From positions 124,001 through 188,000 of IMG/VR virus record IMGVR_UViG_3300046787_000200: 64,000 nucleotides of DNA, one strand, 5' to 3'. A model generated the notes under the pieces. The model ran no database searches and was not told where the DNA came from. It worked only from the letters and a program-made list of their open reading frames with translations. Both the position numbers and the translations under genes were made by a program. Positions 46,577 through 55,699 of the stretch are shown here, in pieces (position 1 is the stretch's first letter; each line of letters starts with the position of its first letter).

Positions 46577-47854
46577 ATGAGTCAAATAAACACAAACGGA
46601 ATAAATGTAAACTATCCTGTACCCGGAGTGAATAATAATTCACAGGGATTCAGAGATAATTTTGCGGCTATAAAAAATAACATTAATACAGCAAGTACAG
46701 AGATTACAGATTTACAAAACAATGTAGTAGTAAAGTCTGCATTAGCTAACACTATTGTTAATAATGACATGGCTAATACATTGATAAGCAATGCATTAAC
46801 ACGCAGTTTTAGAGCTAGCACCTATAATCTAGGTAATAACATTTCTAATTCACTTGTAATTAATGCAAGCTTAGGTGATGTTCAGTATGGAACTATTTCT
46901 GGTAATACTACTATTCAATTTGCAGGATGGGCACCAAGTGGAACACAAAGTAATGTTCAGCTACAATTAAACGTATCAAATAGTCAAGCAGTAATATCAT
47001 TACCTACTCAAGTATCAATTGCAGGTACATATGGTGTTAAGACAATTGAAAATTATAGTAATGTCGGGGGTGTACCTACATTAACAGTACCATATGGAGT
47101 TGATCAATTAGCATTTAGATTAAGCACATTGGATTGTGGCAATAACATTACGATTGAACCTTTTAATTTGCCTAGACAAACTATGCAAATACAACAACGC
47201 ACACCTAGTCCAACTGGCTTTCAAGGTGATGTAGCTGGTACCGTATGCGTTGGTCCAGCAGTTACACAATTAACAATTAGCAGTTCTAATTCTGCTGATT
47301 ACTTTACTACTTCAGATACTACGACAGGTTTATATACTGATTTACCAGTTATATTCACTGGGACTAGTATGGAAGCTAATATCACAGTAGGAACAACTTA
47401 CTATGTAAGAAACGTAGTTTCTAGTAATACGTTTACTGTATCGTCAACATTGGGCGGCGCAAATGTTAACTTGGCAGGTAACTCTAGCCCAACAGCAACA
47501 ATGTTGGCAAATCCTGCATCATATCTATATGTAGCAACTAATTCATATGATAGCACCAAATATCCGTTAACTGTAGCTAATACAACAGTTACTACTGATG
47601 TAATTACATTAGCAAGCACAAGTAGTTGTGTTCTAAATGCACCTGTTATTTTTGACGCTAATATTGGTGGATTGGTTGCTAATACAGTTTACTACATTAA
47701 AACTATTTCTAGCCCAAATATTACAGTTAGTCAGTCCAGAACTAATGGTATAGCTGATAGTACAGTTGTTTTAAGTACAGATACTAATTCGACTACTGCT
47801 AATGTCTATGTCGGTTCGGACATATGGAAAAGAATTAACCTAACATCTTGGTAA
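46577..47854 (+). CDS. Virion fibre/baseplate protein
   Basis: NNSQGFRDNF N-terminus; two shared beta-modules; WKRI C-terminus. Confidence 0.65.
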   Translation: MSQINTNGINVNYPVPGVNNNSQGFRDNFAAIKNNINTASTEITDLQNNVVVKSALANTIVNNDMANTLISNALTRSFRASTYNLGNNISNSLVINASLGDVQYGTISGNTTIQFAGWAPSGTQSNVQLQLNVSNSQAVISLPTQVSIAGTYGVKTIENYSNVGGVPTLTVPYGVDQLAFRLSTLDCGNNITIEPFNLPRQTMQIQQRTPSPTGFQGDVAGTVCVGPAVTQLTISSSNSADYFTTSDTTTGLYTDLPVIFTGTSMEANITVGTTYYVRNVVSSNTFTVSSTLGGANVNLAGNSSPTATMLANPASYLYVATNSYDSTKYPLTVANTTVTTDVITLASTSSCVLNAPVIFDANIGGLVANTVYYIKTISSPNITVSQSRTNGIADSTVVLSTDTNSTTANVYVGSDIWKRINLTSW

Positions 47855-47866
47855 TAAATACGAAGG

Positions 47867-48106
47867 ATGCAACATCCTTTTATAACCGATCTATCTGACA
47901 AGTCCCTAGAGGACTTGCAGACTAGTATTACCGAATTAACAAAGAAACTTAATTTTGCATACAGTATGCAGAACGGTCCTATGATCCATCAATTATTAAT
48001 GGTTTTAGAAAGTTATAAAACTGAACATAATAAGAAAATGGATGAAATAATGAAGAAGCAAAATATTCAAACAACTATCAGCGTTGAAAAAGAGGCAAAA
48101 AATTGA
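47867..48106 (+). CDS. Hypothetical protein
   Basis: 79 aa helical ORF after ATAAATA. Confidence 0.65.
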   Translation: MQHPFITDLSDKSLEDLQTSITELTKKLNFAYSMQNGPMIHQLLMVLESYKTEHNKKMDEIMKKQNIQTTISVEKEAKN

Positions 48107-48696
48107 CTTACCGAGTTAAAAGAGAATTTAATTTCGTAGCAGGTATGTGGTTAAATGATGAATATCAAATTGGAATGTATTCACTCACCGTATTCATTGA
48201 TATCTTAACTGATGAGCCATATGAACAATCAGTAGCACTTGAGCGTATGAAATATCTAATAGATGACTGTATTACTAATAGTGTTTTCTTAGAGGAATCT
48301 GCAAAGAAAACAATAGACGCATTTAATAACTTAGGTGTGAAAACTTGTGTTCTTCCAGTAGAGCCATATGATCAAGCTATAGGTATGGCATTGTTATTAA
48401 AGCTTAATGCTATTACTGAGAGCAAATTCAATATTACTAATATAACATTTAAATCACAATTAAGTGATGATGTGGAATATTTGCTAGATATAGAAGATGA
48501 TTTTGAACCATTCAATACTAAACATAGTTGGTGGAACGATACTGGACCAAACATAGCTGATAAGAAATCTAATAAAAAAGATAAAATTGTTAGGTTAAGA
48601 AAAGACAATGAATGGGTAGAGTTAGATTTGGGTTGGAAACATACGTGTAAACCCGAAGCAAGTGAAATTATTTTCACATTGGATACGGAGAAATAA
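48103..48696 (+). CDS. Hypothetical protein
   Basis: TTG start overlapping the upstream stop; GAGG SD. Confidence 0.65.
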   Translation: MTYRVKREFNFVAGMWLNDEYQIGMYSLTVFIDILTDEPYEQSVALERMKYLIDDCITNSVFLEESAKKTIDAFNNLGVKTCVLPVEPYDQAIGMALLLKLNAITESKFNITNITFKSQLSDDVEYLLDIEDDFEPFNTKHSWWNDTGPNIADKKSNKKDKIVRLRKDNEWVELDLGWKHTCKPEASEIIFTLDTEK

Positions 48697-48710
48697 GTAT
48701 CCAAAACTTA

Positions 48711-48739
48711 TTGTAATTAACATTACATTATGCTATACT
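48711..48739 (+). promoter_or_regulatory. Sigma70-type extended -10 promoter (leaderless geometry)
   Basis: TTGTAA-17nt-TATACT with TG; ATG 6 nt downstream. Confidence 0.65.
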
Positions 48740-48745
48740 ACGTAA

Positions 48746-49252
48746 ATGAAGTCTGATATTTACGGTCAACAAATTTTTAATGAAAATGAATTGTGCTTAT
48801 TGTATTTGCAAGATCCGTTGCGTACAATCAAACATGCCTTTGTAGATAAAGATATTAATTTTAATGATATCTTGCAATTAGAAAATACACCAAAATTAAT
48901 TAAGTATACTGATCCAAAGTTATCAGTCGAAGATTTTGACAATAATAATCAATCAAAATGGCACTTGCCTAGTGAATATTATAATATGGACATTGCCAAA
49001 TATGTATTGGACAAGTGTACCAGTGAAGCAGAACTGCAACGAGCCGGAGATGAGTTAATCAAGTTCCAAGAACGTGATATGTTCATCTTGCTAAAATATC
49101 TCAAGTACTTAGTAGATACCATGCGTAAGAACAATATAGTATGGGGAGTAGGCCGAGGTAGTAGTGTAGCAAGTTTTGTATTGTTTTTACTAGAAATTCA
49201 CCGTATAAATAGTTTGTACTATGACTTGTCTATTGACGAGTTTTTAAAATAA
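48746..49252 (+). CDS. dnaE: Miniature DNA polymerase III alpha-like protein, N-terminal half
   Basis: VGRGSSVASFVLFLLEIHRINSLYYDLSIDEFL matches DnaE [33 protein letters not shown]. Confidence 0.82.
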   Translation: MKSDIYGQQIFNENELCLLYLQDPLRTIKHAFVDKDINFNDILQLENTPKLIKYTDPKLSVEDFDNNNQSKWHLPSEYYNMDIAKYVLDKCTSEAELQRAGDELIKFQERDMFILLKYLKYLVDTMRKNNIVWGVGRGSSVASFVLFLLEIHRINSLYYDLSIDEFLK

Positions 49253-49262
49253 GGAAATCAAA

Positions 49263-49595
49263 ATGAAAAATTATAGAACAGCAATGGGAAAATCTGTTGA
49301 TATGTCTGCACTAGCCTCACGTAATGAGCACACCCGTGCTGTAGGCAATATGCGTGTAAATGCTAGAGGTGACAGTATTGATGCTAATGGCAGAATTATC
49401 AAACCGGTAACTGAAAAGGTTAATGAAGCGTATGGTAAAACAGTAGGCAACAAATCTGCACAAGTAAAACGTCAAGTTACTACTAAACCAAAAGTAGAAC
49501 TAGAATTAACCCAAGCTGAAAAAGAGTTAGAAGAATCATTTGAAGATGATATTGAAGTTGAAAAAATCAAAGCACAGGAAACTAAAAAGAAATGA
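49263..49595 (+). CDS. Hypothetical protein
   Basis: AAGGA SD; 110 aa. Confidence 0.7.
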   Translation: MKNYRTAMGKSVDMSALASRNEHTRAVGNMRVNARGDSIDANGRIIKPVTEKVNEAYGKTVGNKSAQVKRQVTTKPKVELELTQAEKELEESFEDDIEVEKIKAQETKKK

Positions 49596-49969
49596 GTGAA
49601 TACAGTAAACCAGCATTTAGCCCTACGAAAGTAGATAAACTTAAATTCTTTAAGGATCATATTATCGTAAGTGATATGAAATTTGATGAACGTATTAGTA
49701 AAGGTGGTATCGTTCTATTGGATGATGACAAAAAGAGTTCTGGTATTCGTCCACGTTGGGCAAAGATTTATGGTTTAGGTCCAGATGTAAGTGACCCCGA
49801 CCTACAGATTGGGAAATATATTCTCATCAGTCATGGACGTTGGACACGTGGTATTACAGTTGAAACACCAGAGGGTAAACAGACGTTGCGTAAAGTCGAT
49901 CCTAATGATATACTATTGATATCAGATGAGCCGATGGAAGATGAAACAATGAGTGATAAGGTTTATTAA
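49592..49969 (+). CDS. groES: GroES-like co-chaperonin
   Basis: DHIIV...ISKGGIVL mobile loop...GLGP...IGKYILI. Confidence 0.75.
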   Translation: MSEYSKPAFSPTKVDKLKFFKDHIIVSDMKFDERISKGGIVLLDDDKKSSGIRPRWAKIYGLGPDVSDPDLQIGKYILISHGRWTRGITVETPEGKQTLRKVDPNDILLISDEPMEDETMSDKVY

Positions 49970-49975
49970 TTTCAA

Positions 49976-50578
49976 ATGGCATTTGAAAATGTAGTGTTTA
50001 TCAATTATGTTCCGGGTAGCTATGGGACATTTCTATATCATTGTTTGTCACCTGAGATAAAATTAGATATTTTCACAGAGAATGGATCTGCACATACTGA
50101 TCTCGTTGATGCTTTCCCACAATTTCATAACTTTCATTCATTCAATGAATGGTTATCATTGACGGAAGAACAAAAAGCTAATACTATTAGTGATTTTGAA
50201 AAACTACATAGTAGTAGAGATCCTAAGAAATTAGATATACAACGTATAGCACACCCTAAATCTACTAAAATAATTAAACAATACTTTCCGAGTGCAAAGA
50301 TTATAAAAATTACAATAGACAACTATCGCATATACCACGTAGCTGAAAAATTTGTACATAAAGTAGAAAATATCCCAATTAGTGAGGCGATAGGATTTGT
50401 TTGTGATAATATAGACAATGAAGAAATCGAAGGGGTATATAATTTACCAGTACGATCATTTATGAATGGTACTTTTATAAATCATATAGCCTTCATACGA
50501 CATTGGATAGGTCTGCCTAAAGCAGATATTACCGAATTATATGAAAAATTTAAACAAGTGAATGGATTAAACAAATGA
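49976..50578 (+). CDS. Hypothetical AT-rich accessory protein (possible degenerate sulfotransferase/P-loop fold)
   Basis: INYVPGSYGTFL N-terminus; fold guess is weak. Confidence 0.5.
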   Translation: MAFENVVFINYVPGSYGTFLYHCLSPEIKLDIFTENGSAHTDLVDAFPQFHNFHSFNEWLSLTEEQKANTISDFEKLHSSRDPKKLDIQRIAHPKSTKIIKQYFPSAKIIKITIDNYRIYHVAEKFVHKVENIPISEAIGFVCDNIDNEEIEGVYNLPVRSFMNGTFINHIAFIRHWIGLPKADITELYEKFKQVNGLNK

Positions 50579-50892
50579 AATGGTTTTTTAAATGGCTAGC
50601 GTCAAAGATTGACGATACTAAGTATTCGGATCCTGATGAACCAATGCCTATGAATACTTTGAGTAGCGGTAGACCAAAGTCCCGTAGAATCGCAGTAAGA
50701 GAATCTGACGAATTAGGTTCAGAACCAATTACATTCAGGATGTTTAAAGCAAACGGCGGATGGGCAATTGAATTTAGACAATATGATAACAAAACTGATA
50801 GAATGGATACTTCATTGTATGTTGTTAACAATGAAGAAGAACTTGGCAAACACATTTCACAAATCATTACTATGGAAGCATTAAAGCGATGA
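50575..50892 (+). CDS. Hypothetical protein
   Basis: ATGA overlaps on both sides. Confidence 0.7.
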   Translation: MKWFFKWLASKIDDTKYSDPDEPMPMNTLSSGRPKSRRIAVRESDELGSEPITFRMFKANGGWAIEFRQYDNKTDRMDTSLYVVNNEEELGKHISQIITMEALKR

Positions 50893-51812
50893 AGAATAAA
50901 CTTTGGGTAGAGAAATATCGTCCGAACACAGTATCAGATTATGTGTTTGTTGATGAACGACAAAAGAAACAAGTAGAGGGTTGGGTTAATGATGGAATGA
51001 TTCCTCACTTATTGTTATCCGGTGACCCGGGTACAGGTAAAACAACACTAGCTAAAGTATTGATACATGAGCTTGGTGTAGAAGAATATGATGTATTAGA
51101 AATCAATGCTTCACGTGAGAACGGTATTGATAACATGCGTGAAAAGATTAATGGCTTTGTACAAACTATGCCGTTTGGTAAATTCAAAGTTGTTCTATTA
51201 GACGAAGCTGATTATTTAACACAAGCTTCTCAAGCGGCATTGCGTAACGATATGGAAGCATATGCTGATACTGTACGTTACATTCTTACTTGTAACTATC
51301 AACATAAAATTATTCCTGCATTAAAATCTCGTTGCCATGAGTTTCATATCGCAAAGACAGATCAAACAGAGTTCACAGCTAGAGCGGCGACAGTATTGGT
51401 TACTGAAGGGGTTGAGTTTGATTTGGATGATTTAGATAGTTATGTACGTGCTACTTATCCAGACTTGCGTAAATGTTTGAATCAACTACAAGTTAACAGT
51501 AGTGGTGGTAAATTAATGCAACCACAAGCACAGGGTAGTAGTGAACATGAGCTATTATTAGAAGCAACACAGTTGTTTAAGTCAGGTAAGATCATGGAAG
51601 CACGACAACAATTGATGCAATATATCGCTATGTATCCTACACGTATTGAAGATTGTTATCGTTGGATGTATGAGAACTTAGACTTGTGGGGTAATTCACA
51701 AGAAAAGAAAGATGCAAGTATCATTACTATTCGTAATGGTCTAGCAAATCTGCCACTAGTAGGTATTCCTGAGATTAGTTTGGCAGCAACATTAGTGGAG
51801 TTGACAGCATGA
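50889..51812 (+). CDS. Clamp loader AAA+ subunit (RFC small/T4 gp44-like)
   Basis: LWVEKYRP, GDPGTGKT, INAS, LLDEAD, SRC. Confidence 0.93.
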   Translation: MKNKLWVEKYRPNTVSDYVFVDERQKKQVEGWVNDGMIPHLLLSGDPGTGKTTLAKVLIHELGVEEYDVLEINASRENGIDNMREKINGFVQTMPFGKFKVVLLDEADYLTQASQAALRNDMEAYADTVRYILTCNYQHKIIPALKSRCHEFHIAKTDQTEFTARAATVLVTEGVEFDLDDLDSYVRATYPDLRKCLNQLQVNSSGGKLMQPQAQGSSEHELLLEATQLFKSGKIMEARQQLMQYIAMYPTRIEDCYRWMYENLDLWGNSQEKKDASIITIRNGLANLPLVGIPEISLAATLVELTA

Positions 51813-52078
51813 GATATTTGTTAATTACGTTTATGAGAAAGCCCGGCGGGCAGATTGATGAGTTAGTAACAGTAAGCAAAAAAGTTAAACCTGCTGATTT
51901 ACAAACTTGTAATGTTATCATTGATTATGCAAAGAAAAAAGTAGATAAATGTGTAATTGAGGGTAAGCGTGTTGATACTGATTTTGAAAAGATGAATGAA
52001 TACTATAAGAAAGTGTACACTAATCTGATTGAACAGTTAGAACGTGAAGCACATATTACTGCTGAAGCTACAAAGTAA
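51809..52078 (+). CDS. Hypothetical protein
   Basis: ATGA overlap with the clamp loader; GGAG SD. Confidence 0.7.
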   Translation: MRYLLITFMRKPGGQIDELVTVSKKVKPADLQTCNVIIDYAKKKVDKCVIEGKRVDTDFEKMNEYYKKVYTNLIEQLEREAHITAEATK

Positions 52079-52104
52079 AAACGGGGCAATTGCCCCGTTT
52101 TTTT
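52077..52104. terminator. Bidirectional intrinsic terminator
   Basis: AAAAACGGGGC-aatt-GCCCCGTTTTT between convergent genes. Confidence 0.88.
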
Positions 52105-52885
52105 ATGCATACATTTTTAAAATGTGTTCAATAATTTTGTGACGTTGTATATCACGCATATCGAATTTGCACGACGCCATGCCCGGAATCACCCCCTTTC
52201 CACCATCTAGCCTACTTAGTAAGTCTAGGAGCCCATTCTCAGGCGTGCGTCTATCTGTTTGTTCTACATCACCAGTGATGACAATCTTACTACCGATTCC
52301 GATACGTGTCATAATCATTTTTAACTGGCTTGGAGTTGCATTTTGAGCCTCATCAAGTACGACCCAACTGTTCTTAAAGTTGCGACCTCTACAGAAAGCT
52401 AATGGAGCTATTTCCACTATCTGTTCTTCTAGCATATCTGCAATTTCTTTAGTTGAATAATACTCTCGTAATACATCTAATAATGGTCTAGTCCAAGGTT
52501 CCATCTTTTGATTGATATCGCCCGGTAAGAAACCATGCTTTTCATCATCGACACCGACCGCAGGTCTAGTTAAAATGATTCTGTCACACTCGCCATTGCG
52601 CATCGCTTTGATAGCGGCTTGCATAGCTAGATACGTTTTCCCGGTTCCTGCAGGTCCCGAAACCACGACTATATCTGTCTTATCATCAAGTAATGCTAAT
52701 ATGTATTTTTCTTGGTTAATGGATTTTGGGATGAGTTCTACGGGTTTGCGTACTCTTGGCTTCTGAGTTGCTTGTGTGAAATCGATAGTCTTTGATTCAT
52801 TTGAATAGAATGTTTTACCTTCTTTTTTACTGTGTGAAAAACGTGTGTCTGTAGTTCGTAATGCGCTGGTTTTTCTTTTGCTCAA
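52103..52885 (-). CDS. phoH: PhoH-like ATPase
   Basis: GPAGTGKT, LTRPAV, GFLPGD, RGRNF, LDEAQN, MTRIG, GDVEQTD, RH; TTG start with AAAGGAGA SD. Confidence 0.95.
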   Translation of the reverse strand: MSKRKTSALRTTDTRFSHSKKEGKTFYSNESKTIDFTQATQKPRVRKPVELIPKSINQEKYILALLDDKTDIVVVSGPAGTGKTYLAMQAAIKAMRNGECDRIILTRPAVGVDDEKHGFLPGDINQKMEPWTRPLLDVLREYYSTKEIADMLEEQIVEIAPLAFCRGRNFKNSWVVLDEAQNATPSQLKMIMTRIGIGSKIVITGDVEQTDRRTPENGLLDLLSRLDGGKGVIPGMASCKFDMRDIQRHKIIEHILKMYA

Positions 52886-53055
52886 GTTAATTCTCCTTTG
52901 TAGAGCGGTGAGTTCTCATAACACTCAAGTTTATTTAAGGTCAATGATTAGGCACATAGTAGCATACTTTTAACACAAATATAAATGATAAATATTAGGC
53001 TAACCCCACTCTTTCTCAAATCTATATATAAAATCATAATAAGATAAATAGATAT

Positions 53056-53682
53056 ATGAGTACTATACCTGTCGCCGACGATTTTTTTGATGATGTTGAC
53101 TATGTTAGCATCGTTAGCACCATTAAAGGGATATACACCAGTAATGGTTCTATGTCCGTATTATTAGATTTTGAACGTGTATTAGACGAAGCAGACCTAT
53201 ATGCATTTAGAAACTGGGAACTAGGAGAATTAGTTCAGGGACCAGTAATCAAAAGATATAGTGTAGGCTGTATGTTCATGTGGCCATACAAGCTTATGCC
53301 CGATCCAAGTGGAGCTAAACGTTTAGCTAAAATAGGATGTAAAATACAGTGGAAAAAAACAAGTATTGAAGTACCTGTAGAAGTAGATGACTACGATGAT
53401 TATGTCCCTGGAACACGTTATCCAAAGATGCATAAGAAAGCAGTATGGTTAGTATATATTGAAATGCCAAAAGAAATCATGGACGATATCCGTGAAGGTA
53501 GTATCGATTTAGCCGGTCAGAATATTGACTTAAATGAGTTAGACAATTCATATGAGGACGATTTAGACGAAGAGGATCAAGACGGTACTGAAGACGGTGG
53601 TCAAACGCAACAGCAAGAACCAGGCATGGCAGGCAATTTACCAACTGATTCAACTATGCCTCCTCCGATGGGAGCAATGTAA
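53056..53682 (+). CDS. Hypothetical late protein with acidic tail
   Basis: ATAAATA 5 nt before ATG. Confidence 0.75.
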   Translation: MSTIPVADDFFDDVDYVSIVSTIKGIYTSNGSMSVLLDFERVLDEADLYAFRNWELGELVQGPVIKRYSVGCMFMWPYKLMPDPSGAKRLAKIGCKIQWKKTSIEVPVEVDDYDDYVPGTRYPKMHKKAVWLVYIEMPKEIMDDIREGSIDLAGQNIDLNELDNSYEDDLDEEDQDGTEDGGQTQQQEPGMAGNLPTDSTMPPPMGAM

Positions 53683-53683
53683 T

Positions 53684-54232
53684 ATGAGTATTATTCTTAA
53701 TGAAGGTTTAGATTACCATGATTTAGAAGGTCAATTAGTACCTACTGTATCTGTAGATGATTATGCCGCACATATGGGCAAAGATAGTGAAATTGTTACA
53801 CTAGCATTTACAATTAAAAATAAACAAGCCGGCGATGATTTATGTGATTGGTTTGAACGTGGGTATGATTTTGTATTAGACGCTCAAGTTAGTGAAGGTG
53901 AAATCACTTCCGGAAGATATTTAGTATTTGTAGAGATGAATCGCAGAAGCACAGTACCTGCACGTATCATTGAATTGTTAGAAGATTTAAAAACATTAAC
54001 AGACATGAAACTAAGTGATTGGACTGTTATTGTTGATGAAGAAGAATACGAACCTAGCGAGGAAGTATTAAAACAAGTTATTGTTATGTCTCCTCACAAT
54101 TATCGTGTAGAAGAAGAAAAAGAAGAAGAATTAAATGAAATGCGTGAGAATGCAGGTTTGGAAGTAAAATCTATATATTCTGACAAACAAGATGCAGAAC
54201 TCAAAGCATTTAAAGCAATAGCAGGATTATAA
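53684..54232 (+). CDS. Putative head-associated protein
   Basis: Start moved to ATG53684 (GGGAG SD); MSIILNE N-terminus; EMRENAGL and KAIAGL motifs. Confidence 0.65.
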   Translation: MSIILNEGLDYHDLEGQLVPTVSVDDYAAHMGKDSEIVTLAFTIKNKQAGDDLCDWFERGYDFVLDAQVSEGEITSGRYLVFVEMNRRSTVPARIIELLEDLKTLTDMKLSDWTVIVDEEEYEPSEEVLKQVIVMSPHNYRVEEEKEEELNEMRENAGLEVKSIYSDKQDAELKAFKAIAGL

Positions 54233-54234
54233 GC

Positions 54235-54840
54235 ATGGCAACTATTTTACCTAAGAAGGCTGGTTTTGAACAGCCCATGGCACTAGACGATGATCACCAC
54301 GAACTATTAGCTTCAGATCCATCAATACAACAATTTCCACAAGGTAGCAGTTATGGTTCAACCTCAACATTCAGCGGGTCTTCAACATTTGGCTCACCTT
54401 CAGCAGGAGGCTTCGGTGGCGGTTCGTTTGGTTCATCAGGATCATTCGCAAGTCCAAGCTTCAATCAGCAATCAACACCAAGCTTTGGAAGCACACAAAA
54501 CATTAATCAATCAAACAGCAACCAACCAGTACTCACAGGAGCCGCACCAACAAATGCCGCAAGTGGGGCAGATGTATTAGTAGCTAACGACAATACAGAT
54601 TGGATCAACAAAAAATGGCGTCCAGTTATGGGTTGGATATATATGCTAACTTGTACTATGGACTTTGTTGTATTCCCTGTATTATGGAGCTTACTACAAG
54701 CTATGAGTAAAGGCAGTGTAACAATGCAATGGCAACCATTGACATTACAAGGTGCTGGTCTTTACCACATCGCTATGGGTGCAGTTCTTGGTATTGCGGC
54801 TTATGGTCGTACAAAAGAAAAGATTGAGGGTAAATCATAA
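54235..54840 (+). CDS. Holin (GTA 3TM-like) with low-complexity N-terminus
   Basis: KWRPVMGW...hydrophobic helices...LGIAAYGRTKEK. Confidence 0.7.
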   Translation: MATILPKKAGFEQPMALDDDHHELLASDPSIQQFPQGSSYGSTSTFSGSSTFGSPSAGGFGGGSFGSSGSFASPSFNQQSTPSFGSTQNINQSNSNQPVLTGAAPTNAASGADVLVANDNTDWINKKWRPVMGWIYMLTCTMDFVVFPVLWSLLQAMSKGSVTMQWQPLTLQGAGLYHIAMGAVLGIAAYGRTKEKIEGKS

Positions 54841-54841
54841 T

Positions 54842-54869
54842 TTGACAATTAGCACAAAGGTGTTATAAT
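54842..54869 (+). promoter_or_regulatory. Sigma70 promoter for dnaJ (leaderless geometry)
   Basis: TTGACA-16nt-TATAAT with TG; ATG 6 nt downstream. Confidence 0.8.
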
Positions 54870-54875
54870 CATTTA

Positions 54876-55676
54876 ATGGACCATTATCAAACATTGGGTG
54901 TAGCTAAAAATGCTACTCCCGATGACATCAAAAAAGCATATCGCAAACTAGCAAGCAAACATCACCCAGATAAAGGTGGTGATACCGCTACATTTCAAAA
55001 GATCGAAGAAGCTTATCGCATTCTTAGTGATCCGAATCAACGACAGCAATATGATAACCCTATGCCACAAGGATTCCCCGGTGGTGCAGGACCTCATGGC
55101 TTCCATTTCAATATGAACGGAATGGATCTAAATGATATATTTGCACAAGTATTCAATCAACGAGGACAAACACACCAACGTCAACCACAAACGTTTAGAA
55201 CGCAGGTAGTAGTAACACTAGACCAAGCATATAACGGTGGCTCACAAAATCTAAAACTACAAACACATAATGGCACTCATGCTATTAATATTCAAATACC
55301 CAAAGGTGTTGCAGATGGCAACCAAATGCGTTTTGAAAATGTAATACCCGGTGCTGGATTGTTAGTTGAATTTCGTGTGCAAAATCATTTAAAATATGAA
55401 AGACGTGGCAATGATTTATATTGTAATTACCCAGTTTCTGTATTAGATTTAATTGTAGGTACTGAAATTGAATTCACAACACTTTCGGGTAAAACATTAA
55501 TGGTAAAAATACCACCCAGAACACAACCGCATATGCATCTGAAAATAGCAGGAGAAGGCATGCCAATATTAAATTCCTCACTATACGGAGACCAAATAAT
55601 ATTGATTAAACCCATAATACCTGATATAATTGACTCTGAAATAACTGATAGCATTATGCGTTCCAAATCTAAGTAA
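54876..55676 (+). CDS. dnaJ: Class B J-domain protein (DnaJ/CbpA-like, no Zn finger)
   Basis: YQTLGV...IKKAYRKLASKHHPDK (HPD), G/F region, C-terminal substrate domains. Confidence 0.93.
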   Translation: MDHYQTLGVAKNATPDDIKKAYRKLASKHHPDKGGDTATFQKIEEAYRILSDPNQRQQYDNPMPQGFPGGAGPHGFHFNMNGMDLNDIFAQVFNQRGQTHQRQPQTFRTQVVVTLDQAYNGGSQNLKLQTHNGTHAINIQIPKGVADGNQMRFENVIPGAGLLVEFRVQNHLKYERRGNDLYCNYPVSVLDLIVGTEIEFTTLSGKTLMVKIPPRTQPHMHLKIAGEGMPILNSSLYGDQIILIKPIIPDIIDSEITDSIMRSKSK

Positions 55677-55699
55677 ATAATTTTAAAGGAAATAACACT

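Noticed and set aside
18510-47854. Diversity-generating retroelement acting on fibres
   Set aside because: No reverse transcriptase in the window, and no TR/VR pair differing only at adenines was seen
48746-49252. Split intein joining the DnaE halves
   Set aside because: The N-half ends at EFLK with no intein N-terminal block, and the C-half begins directly with polymerase sequence, with no His-Asn/Cys junction
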